From the IMG/VR virus record IMGVR_UViG_3300045592_000084: a stretch of DNA of 41,446 nt; one strand, given 5' to 3'. Positions 6,918-14,520 of the stretch are shown piece after piece. The notes beneath the pieces are model-generated. The model was not told where the DNA came from and did not search any database. It saw only the letters and a list, made by a program, of their open reading frames with translations. Position 1 is the first letter of the stretch, and each line of letters begins with the position of its first letter. The position numbers were made by a program, and so were the translations under genes. This stretch comes from a virus.

Positions 6918-7343
6918 ATGGAAGACAAAAAGTTAACTGCCGAGACGGCCAGGCAGATCTGGTCGGAATGGCTGAAGGCCAGGGCAGGCAAATTTACTCC
7001 TGGAGAACTCATGGATGAGTGCTCAGATTTGCTTGGCCGTTTACAGCAGAGGTTACCGGAAGAATATTCCAGGCAACCTCTTGGAAGTTTTTTAATTCCC
7101 GAGATCCATAGTGAGGGCGTCAATCAGGCTTCGGATATAAATGGCGTCCGCTCTGCCATAGAAGCTCATGGCCTCCGGGATCTTCTGAGACAGAGATCCC
7201 TCAGCAATGCTCATTTTGTTTCTGGCGTAAACGGCTTTGATGATCTTTTCTGCCTCTTCCTCATTGAACTTCTGGAGAAACGGAAAGTTGATCGAGCCGC
7301 TTCTAATGCCCTCAAGAAGGAGCTGGAAAGCCTCTTCTTTTGA
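6918..7343 (+). CDS. Hypothetical protein, paralog of 6245..6700; its 3' part is antisense to 7092..7355
   Basis: ATG 6918 follows the stop of the small peptide (TGAgATG). The N-terminus is paralogous to module 1. The ORF track starts at GTG 6897. Confidence 0.45.
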   Translation: MEDKKLTAETARQIWSEWLKARAGKFTPGELMDECSDLLGRLQQRLPEEYSRQPLGSFLIPEIHSEGVNQASDINGVRSAIEAHGLRDLLRQRSLSNAHFVSGVNGFDDLFCLFLIELLEKRKVDRAASNALKKELESLFF

Positions 7344-7355
7344 AAACTTGGTCAT
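7092..7355 (-). CDS. Hypothetical protein, paralog of 6371..6712
   Basis: 87 aa. SD AGGAGA 6 nt before the ATG. Shares the motifs GxxxSGxIxFPFLQxFN and RADAxY with the first copy. Confidence 0.7.
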   Translation of the reverse strand: MTKFSKEEAFQLLLEGIRSGSINFPFLQKFNEEEAEKIIKAVYARNKMSIAEGSLSQKIPEAMSFYGRADAIYIRSLIDALTMDLGN

Positions 7356-7483
7356 TTCAATTCTCCTAAGGGATGGTTGAGTGATGAGCGTTTACCAGGT
7401 TCGCTCGAACTCAATCATCCCACCTGGGAGAAAAGGAACTCAAATGAACTATGTAACACTGATTTTTAGGAAAGGAGCGTGAG

Positions 7484-8107
7484 ATGGAAGGCACAGCAAA
7501 GGTATACGGCGCGGTGCTGGAAGTCGCCCGCGATCTTGGCAGAGCCGGCATCGGGAAGCGATCCTCTCAAGGGCTGCGGTTCTCATACCGCTCGATTGAA
7601 GATGTGCTGGCGGCTTTAAACCCGCTTCTGTATCAGCACCATCTGATCATCTACCCAGAGCGAATTGACCAGGAGCCGGAGCAGTCCGTCAGCACTCGGG
7701 GCGGCGGTGTGCAGCGCCTTGTCCGGACGACGATTACATACCGTTTCGTAAGCACTGAAGACGGGAGCTCCTTTACCGCGCAGGCGCTCGGAGAAGGGCT
7801 TGACAGCAGCGATAAGGCAAGCGGCAAGGCGATGAGCTACGCGTTTAAGAGCGCGATGTTCCAGACCTTCTGCATCCCGGTTATCGGCATGCCAGACCCT
7901 GACGCCGAACAGGGAACCGAGATAGCCGCGGCGCCGGTCTCGCAAGATTTGCTGGACCGTGCCCGTGACGCCGCTATGAGCGGTCTCGAAGCATACAGAG
8001 CTTTCTTCAAGAGTGTCTCTCAAACTGAGAGAAAGAGCCTCGTCTCGTCAGGCGAGCACGAAAAATTAAAGGCATTTGCTGAAGGAGGAGAAGGAAATGC
8101 AGGCTGA
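7484..8107 (+). CDS. erf: ERF-family single-strand annealing protein
   Basis: 207 aa. FSYRSIEDVLAALNPLLYQHHL and SDKASGKAMSYAFKSAMFQTFCIP match the pattern of P22 Erf-like recombinases. Followed by an exonuclease gene. Confidence 0.7.
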   Translation: MEGTAKVYGAVLEVARDLGRAGIGKRSSQGLRFSYRSIEDVLAALNPLLYQHHLIIYPERIDQEPEQSVSTRGGGVQRLVRTTITYRFVSTEDGSSFTAQALGEGLDSSDKASGKAMSYAFKSAMFQTFCIPVIGMPDPDAEQGTEIAAAPVSQDLLDRARDAAMSGLEAYRAFFKSVSQTERKSLVSSGEHEKLKAFAEGGEGNAG

Positions 8108-8777
8108 ATCACTTAGCCACGGAGACGCAAACCCACTCCAGCGAACTGCGAAGTGGTTCTCAGACCGTTGCGGCTGTCTCACGGCATCCCGCGCGGCTGA
8201 CGCGCTGGCGATATCGGCGAAGACCGGGAAACCGCTCAAATCCAGGCAGGATCTGATTGATACACTGATCGCGGAACGGGCAACCGGAGTTGCGCAGAGT
8301 TCCGGGACGACCTGGGCGATGCAGTGGGGGATTGATCATGAAGCTGAGGCACGCGAGGCGTATGAAGCGGCTACAGGCGAGATGGTGGATCTGGTGGGCT
8401 TCATCCCGCACCCGGATATTCCTTGGTTTGGAGCGTCTCCGGATGGCTTGGTCGGCTCGGATGGGCTTGTAGAAATCAAGTGCCCGCAGACTGTAACCCA
8501 CCTTCGCCGCATAGCGGCTGGGGTCCCAGCGCCAGAGTATCTCCTGCAGATGGACGTGCAGTTAATCTGTACCGGCAGGAAATGGTGCGACTATGTTGAC
8601 TATGACCCGCGGCTTGAGGCAAAGAATCCGGAGCTCACGCTTTTTATCCGGAGATATGAACCCGCCCCCGAACATCTTGCGGGGACGCTTGAGGCTTGTC
8701 GGGTATTCCTCGCGGAGGTCGACAGCCAATATAGGAAGCTCATGAATCTTGGAGAGAGGAGAGAACAAAATGTGTGA
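8097..8777 (+). CDS. YqaJ-like (lambda Exo fold) recombination exonuclease
   Basis: PD-(D/E)xK core ASPDGLVGSDGLVEIKCP. Start at ATG 8097 after GGAGGAGAAGGAA. The ORF track starts at 8076. Confidence 0.8.
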   Translation: MQAESLSHGDANPLQRTAKWFSDRCGCLTASRAADALAISAKTGKPLKSRQDLIDTLIAERATGVAQSSGTTWAMQWGIDHEAEAREAYEAATGEMVDLVGFIPHPDIPWFGASPDGLVGSDGLVEIKCPQTVTHLRRIAAGVPAPEYLLQMDVQLICTGRKWCDYVDYDPRLEAKNPELTLFIRRYEPAPEHLAGTLEACRVFLAEVDSQYRKLMNLGERREQNV

Positions 8778-8976
8778 AGCGAAATTCTCAATTGAAATCG
8801 GAAATGGCAACCCTAAACTGCTGATCCGTGTTGGGGCTTTCAACACACTGCAGGGTGATTACGTGCTGAAAGATAAAGAGACGTGCGAGCGGCTGAAGGC
8901 TCTGATTGATCAGGCGGAGGACTTCTTCCCCTCTGAGGGCAAAGGCCTTAAGGAGAGCGGAAATGCCCGCCAGTAA
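8770..8976 (+). CDS. Hypothetical protein
   Basis: ATG 8770 overlaps the exonuclease stop. 68 aa, no motif recognised. Confidence 0.45.
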   Translation: MCEAKFSIEIGNGNPKLLIRVGAFNTLQGDYVLKDKETCERLKALIDQAEDFFPSEGKGLKESGNARQ

Positions 8977-9493
8977 GAAGCCTCGAAAGAAGCACCACCA
9001 TAAAGTCACCTGGGCGAGCGCTGAGAAACATTGCAGTTTCCTGATCCGCGGTGAGGACTGGACGCCTGACATGCTGAATGATTTCGCGCAGGACTTCCTC
9101 TTCCCCCTGGACGCGATCTACTGGAGCAAAGGGGAGGATCCTTACATGAAAAGGCTTTTCGGGAGAACCAAGGATCAGCTCGTCATGGCGTGGGTGCTTG
9201 GGAATCTTCTCATCGAGCGGGATGAATACCGGGAGGTGATCGCTGAGGCGAATAAGTGCCTGCAGGCGGCGTTTAACTGCTGGCTGGATCACAAGAGGAT
9301 CCTTTACCCGCAGCTGAAGCGATGCAAACACCTGATGCTTCAGCTTTTTGAGGCTATCACCTCGGTCTATCAACCACATGAAGTCAACACCTGCCACAGC
9401 CAGGAGTCTCGGAACCTCTGGGTTTTCGATAAGGCTGAAGCCGAACTGGACGGGATGCTGGGGCTTAAGGGGAAGGAGATCCACTATGCCTGA
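8963..9493 (+). CDS. Hypothetical protein
   Basis: ATG 8963 (MPASKKPRKKHHH...) overlaps the end of the previous gene. 176 aa, no motif recognised. Confidence 0.5.
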   Translation: MPASKKPRKKHHHKVTWASAEKHCSFLIRGEDWTPDMLNDFAQDFLFPLDAIYWSKGEDPYMKRLFGRTKDQLVMAWVLGNLLIERDEYREVIAEANKCLQAAFNCWLDHKRILYPQLKRCKHLMLQLFEAITSVYQPHEVNTCHSQESRNLWVFDKAEAELDGMLGLKGKEIHYA

Positions 9494-9863
9494 AGAAAAA
9501 ATCAATCACCCGGCGCACTACAACCAGCTGCCGCACGAAGTCATCGAGATCGTTGCTGATCGGGATTTCTGTTCTGGGAACGTTGTGAAGTACCTGATGC
9601 GCGCCCCATATAAGGGGAATGCAGTTGATGACCTGAAAAAGGCGCGCTGGTATCTGATATGGCTCCTGGAGCATAACTACCCGATAGGCTCGCGCGATCT
9701 TTACCATAAGGAATACAGAATGACTTGTGAAAACGCTAATGCGATCAGCGGTCCTGGAGCCAAAGAAATCTCAAAAGCAATCAAGCTTTTTGTGTCCGGA
9801 TATGGGGAGGAAGCTTTGGCCGCTATAGATAAAGCAATAGATGAACAGGAGAGCGAGAAATGA
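9486..9863 (+). CDS. DUF3310-family phage protein
   Basis: Begins MPEEKINHPAHYNQ, then VIEIV, GNVVKYLMRAPYKG and DLKKARWYL, the hallmark DUF3310 pattern. ATG 9486 overlaps the upstream stop. Confidence 0.7.
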   Translation: MPEEKINHPAHYNQLPHEVIEIVADRDFCSGNVVKYLMRAPYKGNAVDDLKKARWYLIWLLEHNYPIGSRDLYHKEYRMTCENANAISGPGAKEISKAIKLFVSGYGEEALAAIDKAIDEQESEK

Positions 9864-10081
9864 GGAAGCGTGGCAGAACAATCCCCCCGCTGGGGTTACT
9901 GATGGTGGATGTGAAAGAAGCCGCGGCCATGCTCTCGATTGGGGAAAGCACCGTGTGGAAAAAGGTGAAGGAAGATCCCTCGTTCCCTCAGCCCGTGCGC
10001 CTCAGCCCAAAGTGCACGAGGTTCAAGGTAGACGATATCAGGAAGTGGGTGAAATCCGTCGGTACGGGAGTCTCAGCGTGA
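9860..10081 (+). CDS. AlpA-family HTH, probable excisionase
   Basis: 73 aa. The segment VKEAAAMLSIGESTVWKKVKEDPSFPQPVRLSPKCTRFKVDDIRKW is typical of AlpA/Vis-type excisionases that partner P4-type integrases. ATGA overlap with the upstream gene. Confidence 0.7.
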   Translation: MRKRGRTIPPLGLLMVDVKEAAAMLSIGESTVWKKVKEDPSFPQPVRLSPKCTRFKVDDIRKWVKSVGTGVSA

Positions 10082-10157
10082 GTTTGAAAGAAGACAAAAT
10101 AAACTGTACAACCCCCCTCGATGCAACGATAATAAAGAGATAAAGGCACAAGAGAAA

Positions 10158-10997
10158 ATGGCACACATGAGTTTAAGGACACCTCTCCGATATCCTGGCG
10201 GGAAGCGAAAATTAGCAAACTTTGTTGAGGCACTAATTTCTCATAACTCCCTTCCCGGGTGCGATTATGCTGAACCATATGCCGGAGGGGCAGGCCTAGC
10301 TATTGAATTGCTTCGTCGCGGAGCCGTTGGGCAGCTTTGGTTAAACGACATTGACAAAGGCATTGCCTCGTTCTGGGGACTCGTCCTCAAACAACCTGAT
10401 TTGTTGTGCAAAATGATCGAAAAAACCGATGTAACTATAGGGGAGTGGAACAAACAAAAGGAACTTGCAAAAAGTGAAGACCCTGTTCTACGTGGCTTTG
10501 CAACATTTTTCCTGAATCGAACCAACCGATCTGGCATCATCAAGGGGGGCGTCATTGGAGGGAAGAGCCAGAGCGGAATCTGGAAGCTTGACTGCAGGTT
10601 CAACAAAGGTGCGCTCATTGATCGTATTCAAGAAATCTCCAAATTCAGTGACCGCATCCATTTCTATAACATGGATGCACTTGAGTTCTTGGTTTCTGCA
10701 GTTCCTCTGCAACTTAAAACTGTTTTGTTCAACCTTGATCCCCCTTACTATGTGAAGGGGGCCGGGCTCTATACCAACTTCTACAGCGATTCGGATCACT
10801 TAAGAGTATCCACTTTCATCAGAGGCGAGTCGCGCCCCTGGATCGTCTCGTACGATAATCATGAGTTCATCAGAAAAATCTATTCTGGCTGCAAGTTTAT
10901 TGAATACGAACTCACTTACACAGCTCAGCGCAAAAGTGTAGGGAAAGAAATAATGTTCTTTGGCAATCTTAGAGAAATCCCTCAAACTGTGAATTAG
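10158..10997 (+). CDS. D12-class (Dam-like) N6-adenine DNA methyltransferase
   Basis: 279 aa. Motifs RYPGGK, EPYAGGAG (AdoMet binding) and NLDPPYY (catalytic DPPY). No adjacent classical restriction endonuclease. Confidence 0.85.
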   Translation: MAHMSLRTPLRYPGGKRKLANFVEALISHNSLPGCDYAEPYAGGAGLAIELLRRGAVGQLWLNDIDKGIASFWGLVLKQPDLLCKMIEKTDVTIGEWNKQKELAKSEDPVLRGFATFFLNRTNRSGIIKGGVIGGKSQSGIWKLDCRFNKGALIDRIQEISKFSDRIHFYNMDALEFLVSAVPLQLKTVLFNLDPPYYVKGAGLYTNFYSDSDHLRVSTFIRGESRPWIVSYDNHEFIRKIYSGCKFIEYELTYTAQRKSVGKEIMFFGNLREIPQTVN

Positions 10998-12661
10998 TTA
11001 CCAATCCTCCTTTTAACCACCGACAAAACTTTTAAGTATTTGTCGGCGAACCCTTTCACTTCTTCAGGGTGAGTGTCAACCCAGGCGGAAATAATATCAG
11101 CTCTATCTTTGGCGCTGATATGCGAAAACCATTTCTTATAAGCATCTCTGCGCTTCTTATCTTCCTTGCCGACTTTGCTTAAGCTTTCTTGCAAACCATT
11201 GATTTCTTTTTGCAAAAAATCCCATGAAATTTTCTTTTTTAGTAAAGTCTCGTGTTCCTTCCCCTTTGGATTGTTAATAGCCTTCATTAGGAAATATTCA
11301 ATTTCTTGTTCCGGGCTGCGAAGCCCACCTGCTTCCGTAGGCAATTTGATGCAATTATCTAATTTTTCAAAACGTTCTGTTTTTTGATCTCCATCTAGCA
11401 CACAGGCAGAATATCTGCTGAAATGTGTAGCTGATTTGTTATGAAACAGCTTTATTAATTCTCCGCATCCCATCTTCAAGGGAACTTTTTTCACGGTAAC
11501 TCTTAAGACCTTTTCGTCGACATGGCCAAACCTTACAATGTTTTTTAAGAAAGCCCCCGCTTCGGAATCCTCAAAATACACAAATAACTCCTTTTTGCGT
11601 TTTTTAGCAAATGCGGTCTTGCTCAGCAGCAATTGATCCAGCATTTCTTGTAGGGTTAAATTTTTTACGCATGGCGTCTTGGTATCCATCAGATAAACAA
11701 TGCCATCAATCGATTGCTTTTTCTGCGAAACGCCGTAAATTTGCTTAAGAAAGACAATCGAATGAGTCGTTACTATAACCTGCAAACTCAACTTCTTCGC
11801 CTCTCTAAGTAACGCCTTCGCTAACGATACTTGCGCTCTAGGATGCAACCCTGCTTCAATTTCATCAACCACAAGAATCCCGCCAGGGTAATCTTGCTTG
11901 AGTTCTCGCTTTAGCCTCCTAAAAGATGCCAGCGCTGTAGCGATAGAAGCCAACGCACCTTGACCAAGAGATATTGTTGACGCGTCGTACTGGTATGTCG
12001 GGTGTTGTGTTCGAAGAACACGTCCTCCAGAAAGGCTCACATCCAGTTCTCTGGCTATCCCATCAGTTACCTCCCCTGGAATAATTTCGTTATGAAACTC
12101 CCGGATAAAATCTGCATCATCCGGGGCCAAAATTGAGCTTGTCACTTCTACTTTGGAGCTTTCTCCGATCGGCCACATTCTCGCTGCACTGACAAAAATC
12201 GTAGGCATTGGGATCTTGCCATCCGGCTTAACGCCCTTCTTGGCCGCGTAATCCTCATTACCTTTAGTACGAGGAACAACTCGATAGCGAGGCTCCTTCG
12301 TCATAGGTGTTTTCGTTTGTCCGATATTGCATACCTTCAGAACCTCTCCCCCATCGACCTCATACGTTAGGCGAATGTAGCCGCTATTTTTCCTCCCAGA
12401 GGTGATATCAGCAGGAGCCAATCGGAACTGCTCTTCAAACTTAGAAATAAATTCCGTCCCAAAATAATTTTTTCTTTTATCAATTTCACGGGCCCGCAAA
12501 CCGCTCGCATTAGCAATAAACCCCAAAATTGAAGATTTCCCTATCCCGTTAAGGCCGGCAATCACAGTCAATCTCGGGAAAATGGGGATTTCCAAGCGGG
12601 AAAGTTTACGCCACGAGTTAGGGTCGAAAGCAACCTTTTTGAGAATAAAACGAGGCTTCAT
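10994..12661 (-). CDS. OLD-family-like ABC-type ATPase with C-terminal Toprim-like domain
   Basis: 555 aa. Walker A GLNGIGKS (K42), signature-like SLGQG (231-235), Walker B ILVVDEIE (D266/E267), TTHS (298-301), then FVYFEDSEAG (E364) and CVLDGDQ (D423, D425). Starts 39 nt downstream of int on the same strand. Confidence 0.75.
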   Translation of the reverse strand: MKPRFILKKVAFDPNSWRKLSRLEIPIFPRLTVIAGLNGIGKSSILGFIANASGLRAREIDKRKNYFGTEFISKFEEQFRLAPADITSGRKNSGYIRLTYEVDGGEVLKVCNIGQTKTPMTKEPRYRVVPRTKGNEDYAAKKGVKPDGKIPMPTIFVSAARMWPIGESSKVEVTSSILAPDDADFIREFHNEIIPGEVTDGIARELDVSLSGGRVLRTQHPTYQYDASTISLGQGALASIATALASFRRLKRELKQDYPGGILVVDEIEAGLHPRAQVSLAKALLREAKKLSLQVIVTTHSIVFLKQIYGVSQKKQSIDGIVYLMDTKTPCVKNLTLQEMLDQLLLSKTAFAKKRKKELFVYFEDSEAGAFLKNIVRFGHVDEKVLRVTVKKVPLKMGCGELIKLFHNKSATHFSRYSACVLDGDQKTERFEKLDNCIKLPTEAGGLRSPEQEIEYFLMKAINNPKGKEHETLLKKKISWDFLQKEINGLQESLSKVGKEDKKRRDAYKKWFSHISAKDRADIISAWVDTHPEEVKGFADKYLKVLSVVKRRIGN

Positions 12662-12700
12662 ATTGAGTGAGTGTTTTTTTAGCTGAAGTGACAGGAGATT

Positions 12701-14059
12701 TTACATCTTACATTCAGAGCAACAAAACTCTCCCCACGCTTCATAAACATCACGCATATCACCCAGAGCCTGCTCCCGATCGTACGCGCACTGGTAGGAC
12801 TCGTTGCGGTGATCCAAGCAGCTTTCTCTCAGATCGCGCGAGAACGGCTTGTGGGAGTATCCCTTGGCATCCTTGGCCCAGGTATTGAAAGTTGCCCGCG
12901 CGAGCCCGTGGAGGGTCACTATACGGGGTTTGCCGGTCTTCGCATGGAACTGATCGGGGTCTACCCAGCCAATCCCGTCAATTCTTTTCTGTTTGTCGTG
13001 CATGCGCTTAATCAGCGCCCGGGCAGAATCACGGGAAAAAGGAGAATTTCTCCCCTTGTTCACATTGGGGAAAATATAGGAATCTGGAGATCCCCCTACC
13101 CGTGGGGCTGATTCCAGCAGCTGAACGGCTTCTGGGCAAAGCGGTGTTTTGCGGTCAAAGGGAATCTTTTCGCTCTTCACCTTCATGCGGGCACGAGGAA
13201 TAACGTGCAGCCACCTCCCATCATCATCCTGCTGGATTTCCCCCCATGTTGCTTCACGCGCTGTTGTGTTGCGCGCTGAAGTAAGGATCGCGAATGCAAG
13301 ACAGCGGGCCGTCTGACTAACCGGGACAAGCTGCATAAGTGCCTTAAAGAAAGCCGGCATACGTTTCGGCGGCAGTGCCGGCTCGTGCCCGCCTTCCGGT
13401 CGATTTAGTGGCAGCAAATCCCCTAAACGCCCGTCCACCACCTGGCACGGGTTAACCATCGGCGGGATCATCTCCGAGCGTATTGCCCAATCAATCGCTC
13501 TTTTAGCGTCGCTAAGGATCCTTTCGGGCGTGTCAATCATGGTCCCCCACTTTTCCCCCAGGGCATCACAGAACATCTGAGGTTTCAGGTCTACAACCGG
13601 GCAGTCTCTGATTTCTTTAGGGATGTGATTCCTGAAAAAGCCATCCCAAACCAGATCGCGGGATTTTTCAGCGTTTTTCCACCTCCCCCTCTTTGTGTTG
13701 AACTCAATCCACTTCCAGATAAGTTTTTCAAAGGTTAGTGCGTCCTTCTCTTTTTGAGGTGCCGGGGAGGGGCGTAGCGCGTCTCTGGTCGCTTTCTCCT
13801 GCTCAGATGGGTCAATCCCTTCCGCTATCAGTTTCCTCCATCTGAGCCCCTTCTCGAAGGCCTCAGCGAGTGACATTTCGGGATACTTCCCGAGAGTAAA
13901 GACCCGCTTCAAACCACGATCCCGAAGCAGGAAATAACGGGCATATGTCCCGTCCTTGAGCTTCCTGACTCCAACATAAAGCCCGGGGACAATCCCGCAT
14001 GAAGCGTCAGCCGTCAGGGCTTTCAAACGCTTGTCAGTCATCCTGTTTGCCACGCGCAT
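12701..14059 (-). CDS. int: P4-type tyrosine integrase
   Basis: N-terminal arm-binding-type segment (MTDKRLKAL...GLYVGVRK...YFLLRD). C-terminal catalytic segments (TSARNTTARE, LHGLARATFNTW, CLDHRNESYQCAYDRE). Start chosen at ATG 14057-14059 with GGAGA 9 nt upstream. The ORF track extends to TTG 14068. Confidence 0.9.
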   Translation of the reverse strand: MRVANRMTDKRLKALTADASCGIVPGLYVGVRKLKDGTYARYFLLRDRGLKRVFTLGKYPEMSLAEAFEKGLRWRKLIAEGIDPSEQEKATRDALRPSPAPQKEKDALTFEKLIWKWIEFNTKRGRWKNAEKSRDLVWDGFFRNHIPKEIRDCPVVDLKPQMFCDALGEKWGTMIDTPERILSDAKRAIDWAIRSEMIPPMVNPCQVVDGRLGDLLPLNRPEGGHEPALPPKRMPAFFKALMQLVPVSQTARCLAFAILTSARNTTAREATWGEIQQDDDGRWLHVIPRARMKVKSEKIPFDRKTPLCPEAVQLLESAPRVGGSPDSYIFPNVNKGRNSPFSRDSARALIKRMHDKQKRIDGIGWVDPDQFHAKTGKPRIVTLHGLARATFNTWAKDAKGYSHKPFSRDLRESCLDHRNESYQCAYDREQALGDMRDVYEAWGEFCCSECKM

Positions 14060-14283
14060 AACGCTCAATCTCCGTAATCAAATGTTTTTAAATAAAAAAT
14101 ACAGTTATTACCACAAAAAATTCCGTTATGTTTGGGGAGAAATTGAAGTTTCCCCGCTCATTTGTGGTAATGATTGTGGCATAGATTCTTAGATAATGAC
14201 ACGCCTTACGGAGAGGATTAGAGACAAAGACAACACGCGTATTGTGTCTTAAGCTCTTGTTTTTATTGAGTTGTCGTAGACGA

Positions 14284-14320
14284 ATACAAAGAAAAAGGAG
14301 GCAACTTTCGTTGTCTCCTT
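14284..14320 (-). terminator. Intrinsic terminator immediately downstream of the tRNA-like core
   Basis: 11-bp stem (14295-14305 with 14310-14320, one G-U pair), 4-nt loop. On the minus RNA it is followed by UUUCUUUG. Confidence 0.65.
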
Positions 14321-14360
14321 TCCTGGAATTGGTCGGGGTGGTGGGACTCGTATACCACTA

Positions 14361-14388
14361 TTAACAAAGGGTTTTAATCTGATACTAT
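14361..14388 (+). promoter_or_regulatory. Candidate promoter for the adhesin gene
   Basis: -35 TTAACA (14361-14366), 16-nt spacer, -10 TACTAT (14383-14388), about 130 nt upstream of ATG 14521. Confidence 0.3.
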
Positions 14389-14520
14389 TGCCAGTTTGTG
14401 GCTTAGTTTGTGGTAATAAATCCCTATGCTCTCCAACAATTAGGGGTAAACCCCTGAATTGAGGGAGGGGTAGGAGGGGTAATCTCGTATCCATACATTC
14501 TTTACTCTTAGGAGAGAAAC

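Larger units (their letters stand above)
14100..14420. other. Candidate attP: tRNA 3'-end-like core flanked by repeated arm-type motifs
   Basis: The reverse complement of 14330..14350 reads CGAGTCCCACCACCCCGACCA (T-arm, acceptor arm, discriminator and CCA of a tRNA). The motif TTGTGG(T/C) occurs 5 times: 14108-14117 inverted, then 14161-14170, 14174-14180, 14395-14402 and 14407-14416. Confidence 0.5.

Noticed and set aside
8948-9505. 185-aa minus-strand ORF
   Set aside because: It is antisense to two plus-strand genes that are translationally coupled within the early operon. No SD and no paralog support, unlike the 6371..6712 and 7092..7355 pair.
14330-14358. Possible tRNA gene
   Set aside because: Only the 3' portion (partial T-arm, acceptor strand, CCA) is present. 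No D-arm, anticodon arm or 5' acceptor strand can be folded upstream. I interpret it as the attP core mimic of a host tRNA end, not a gene.
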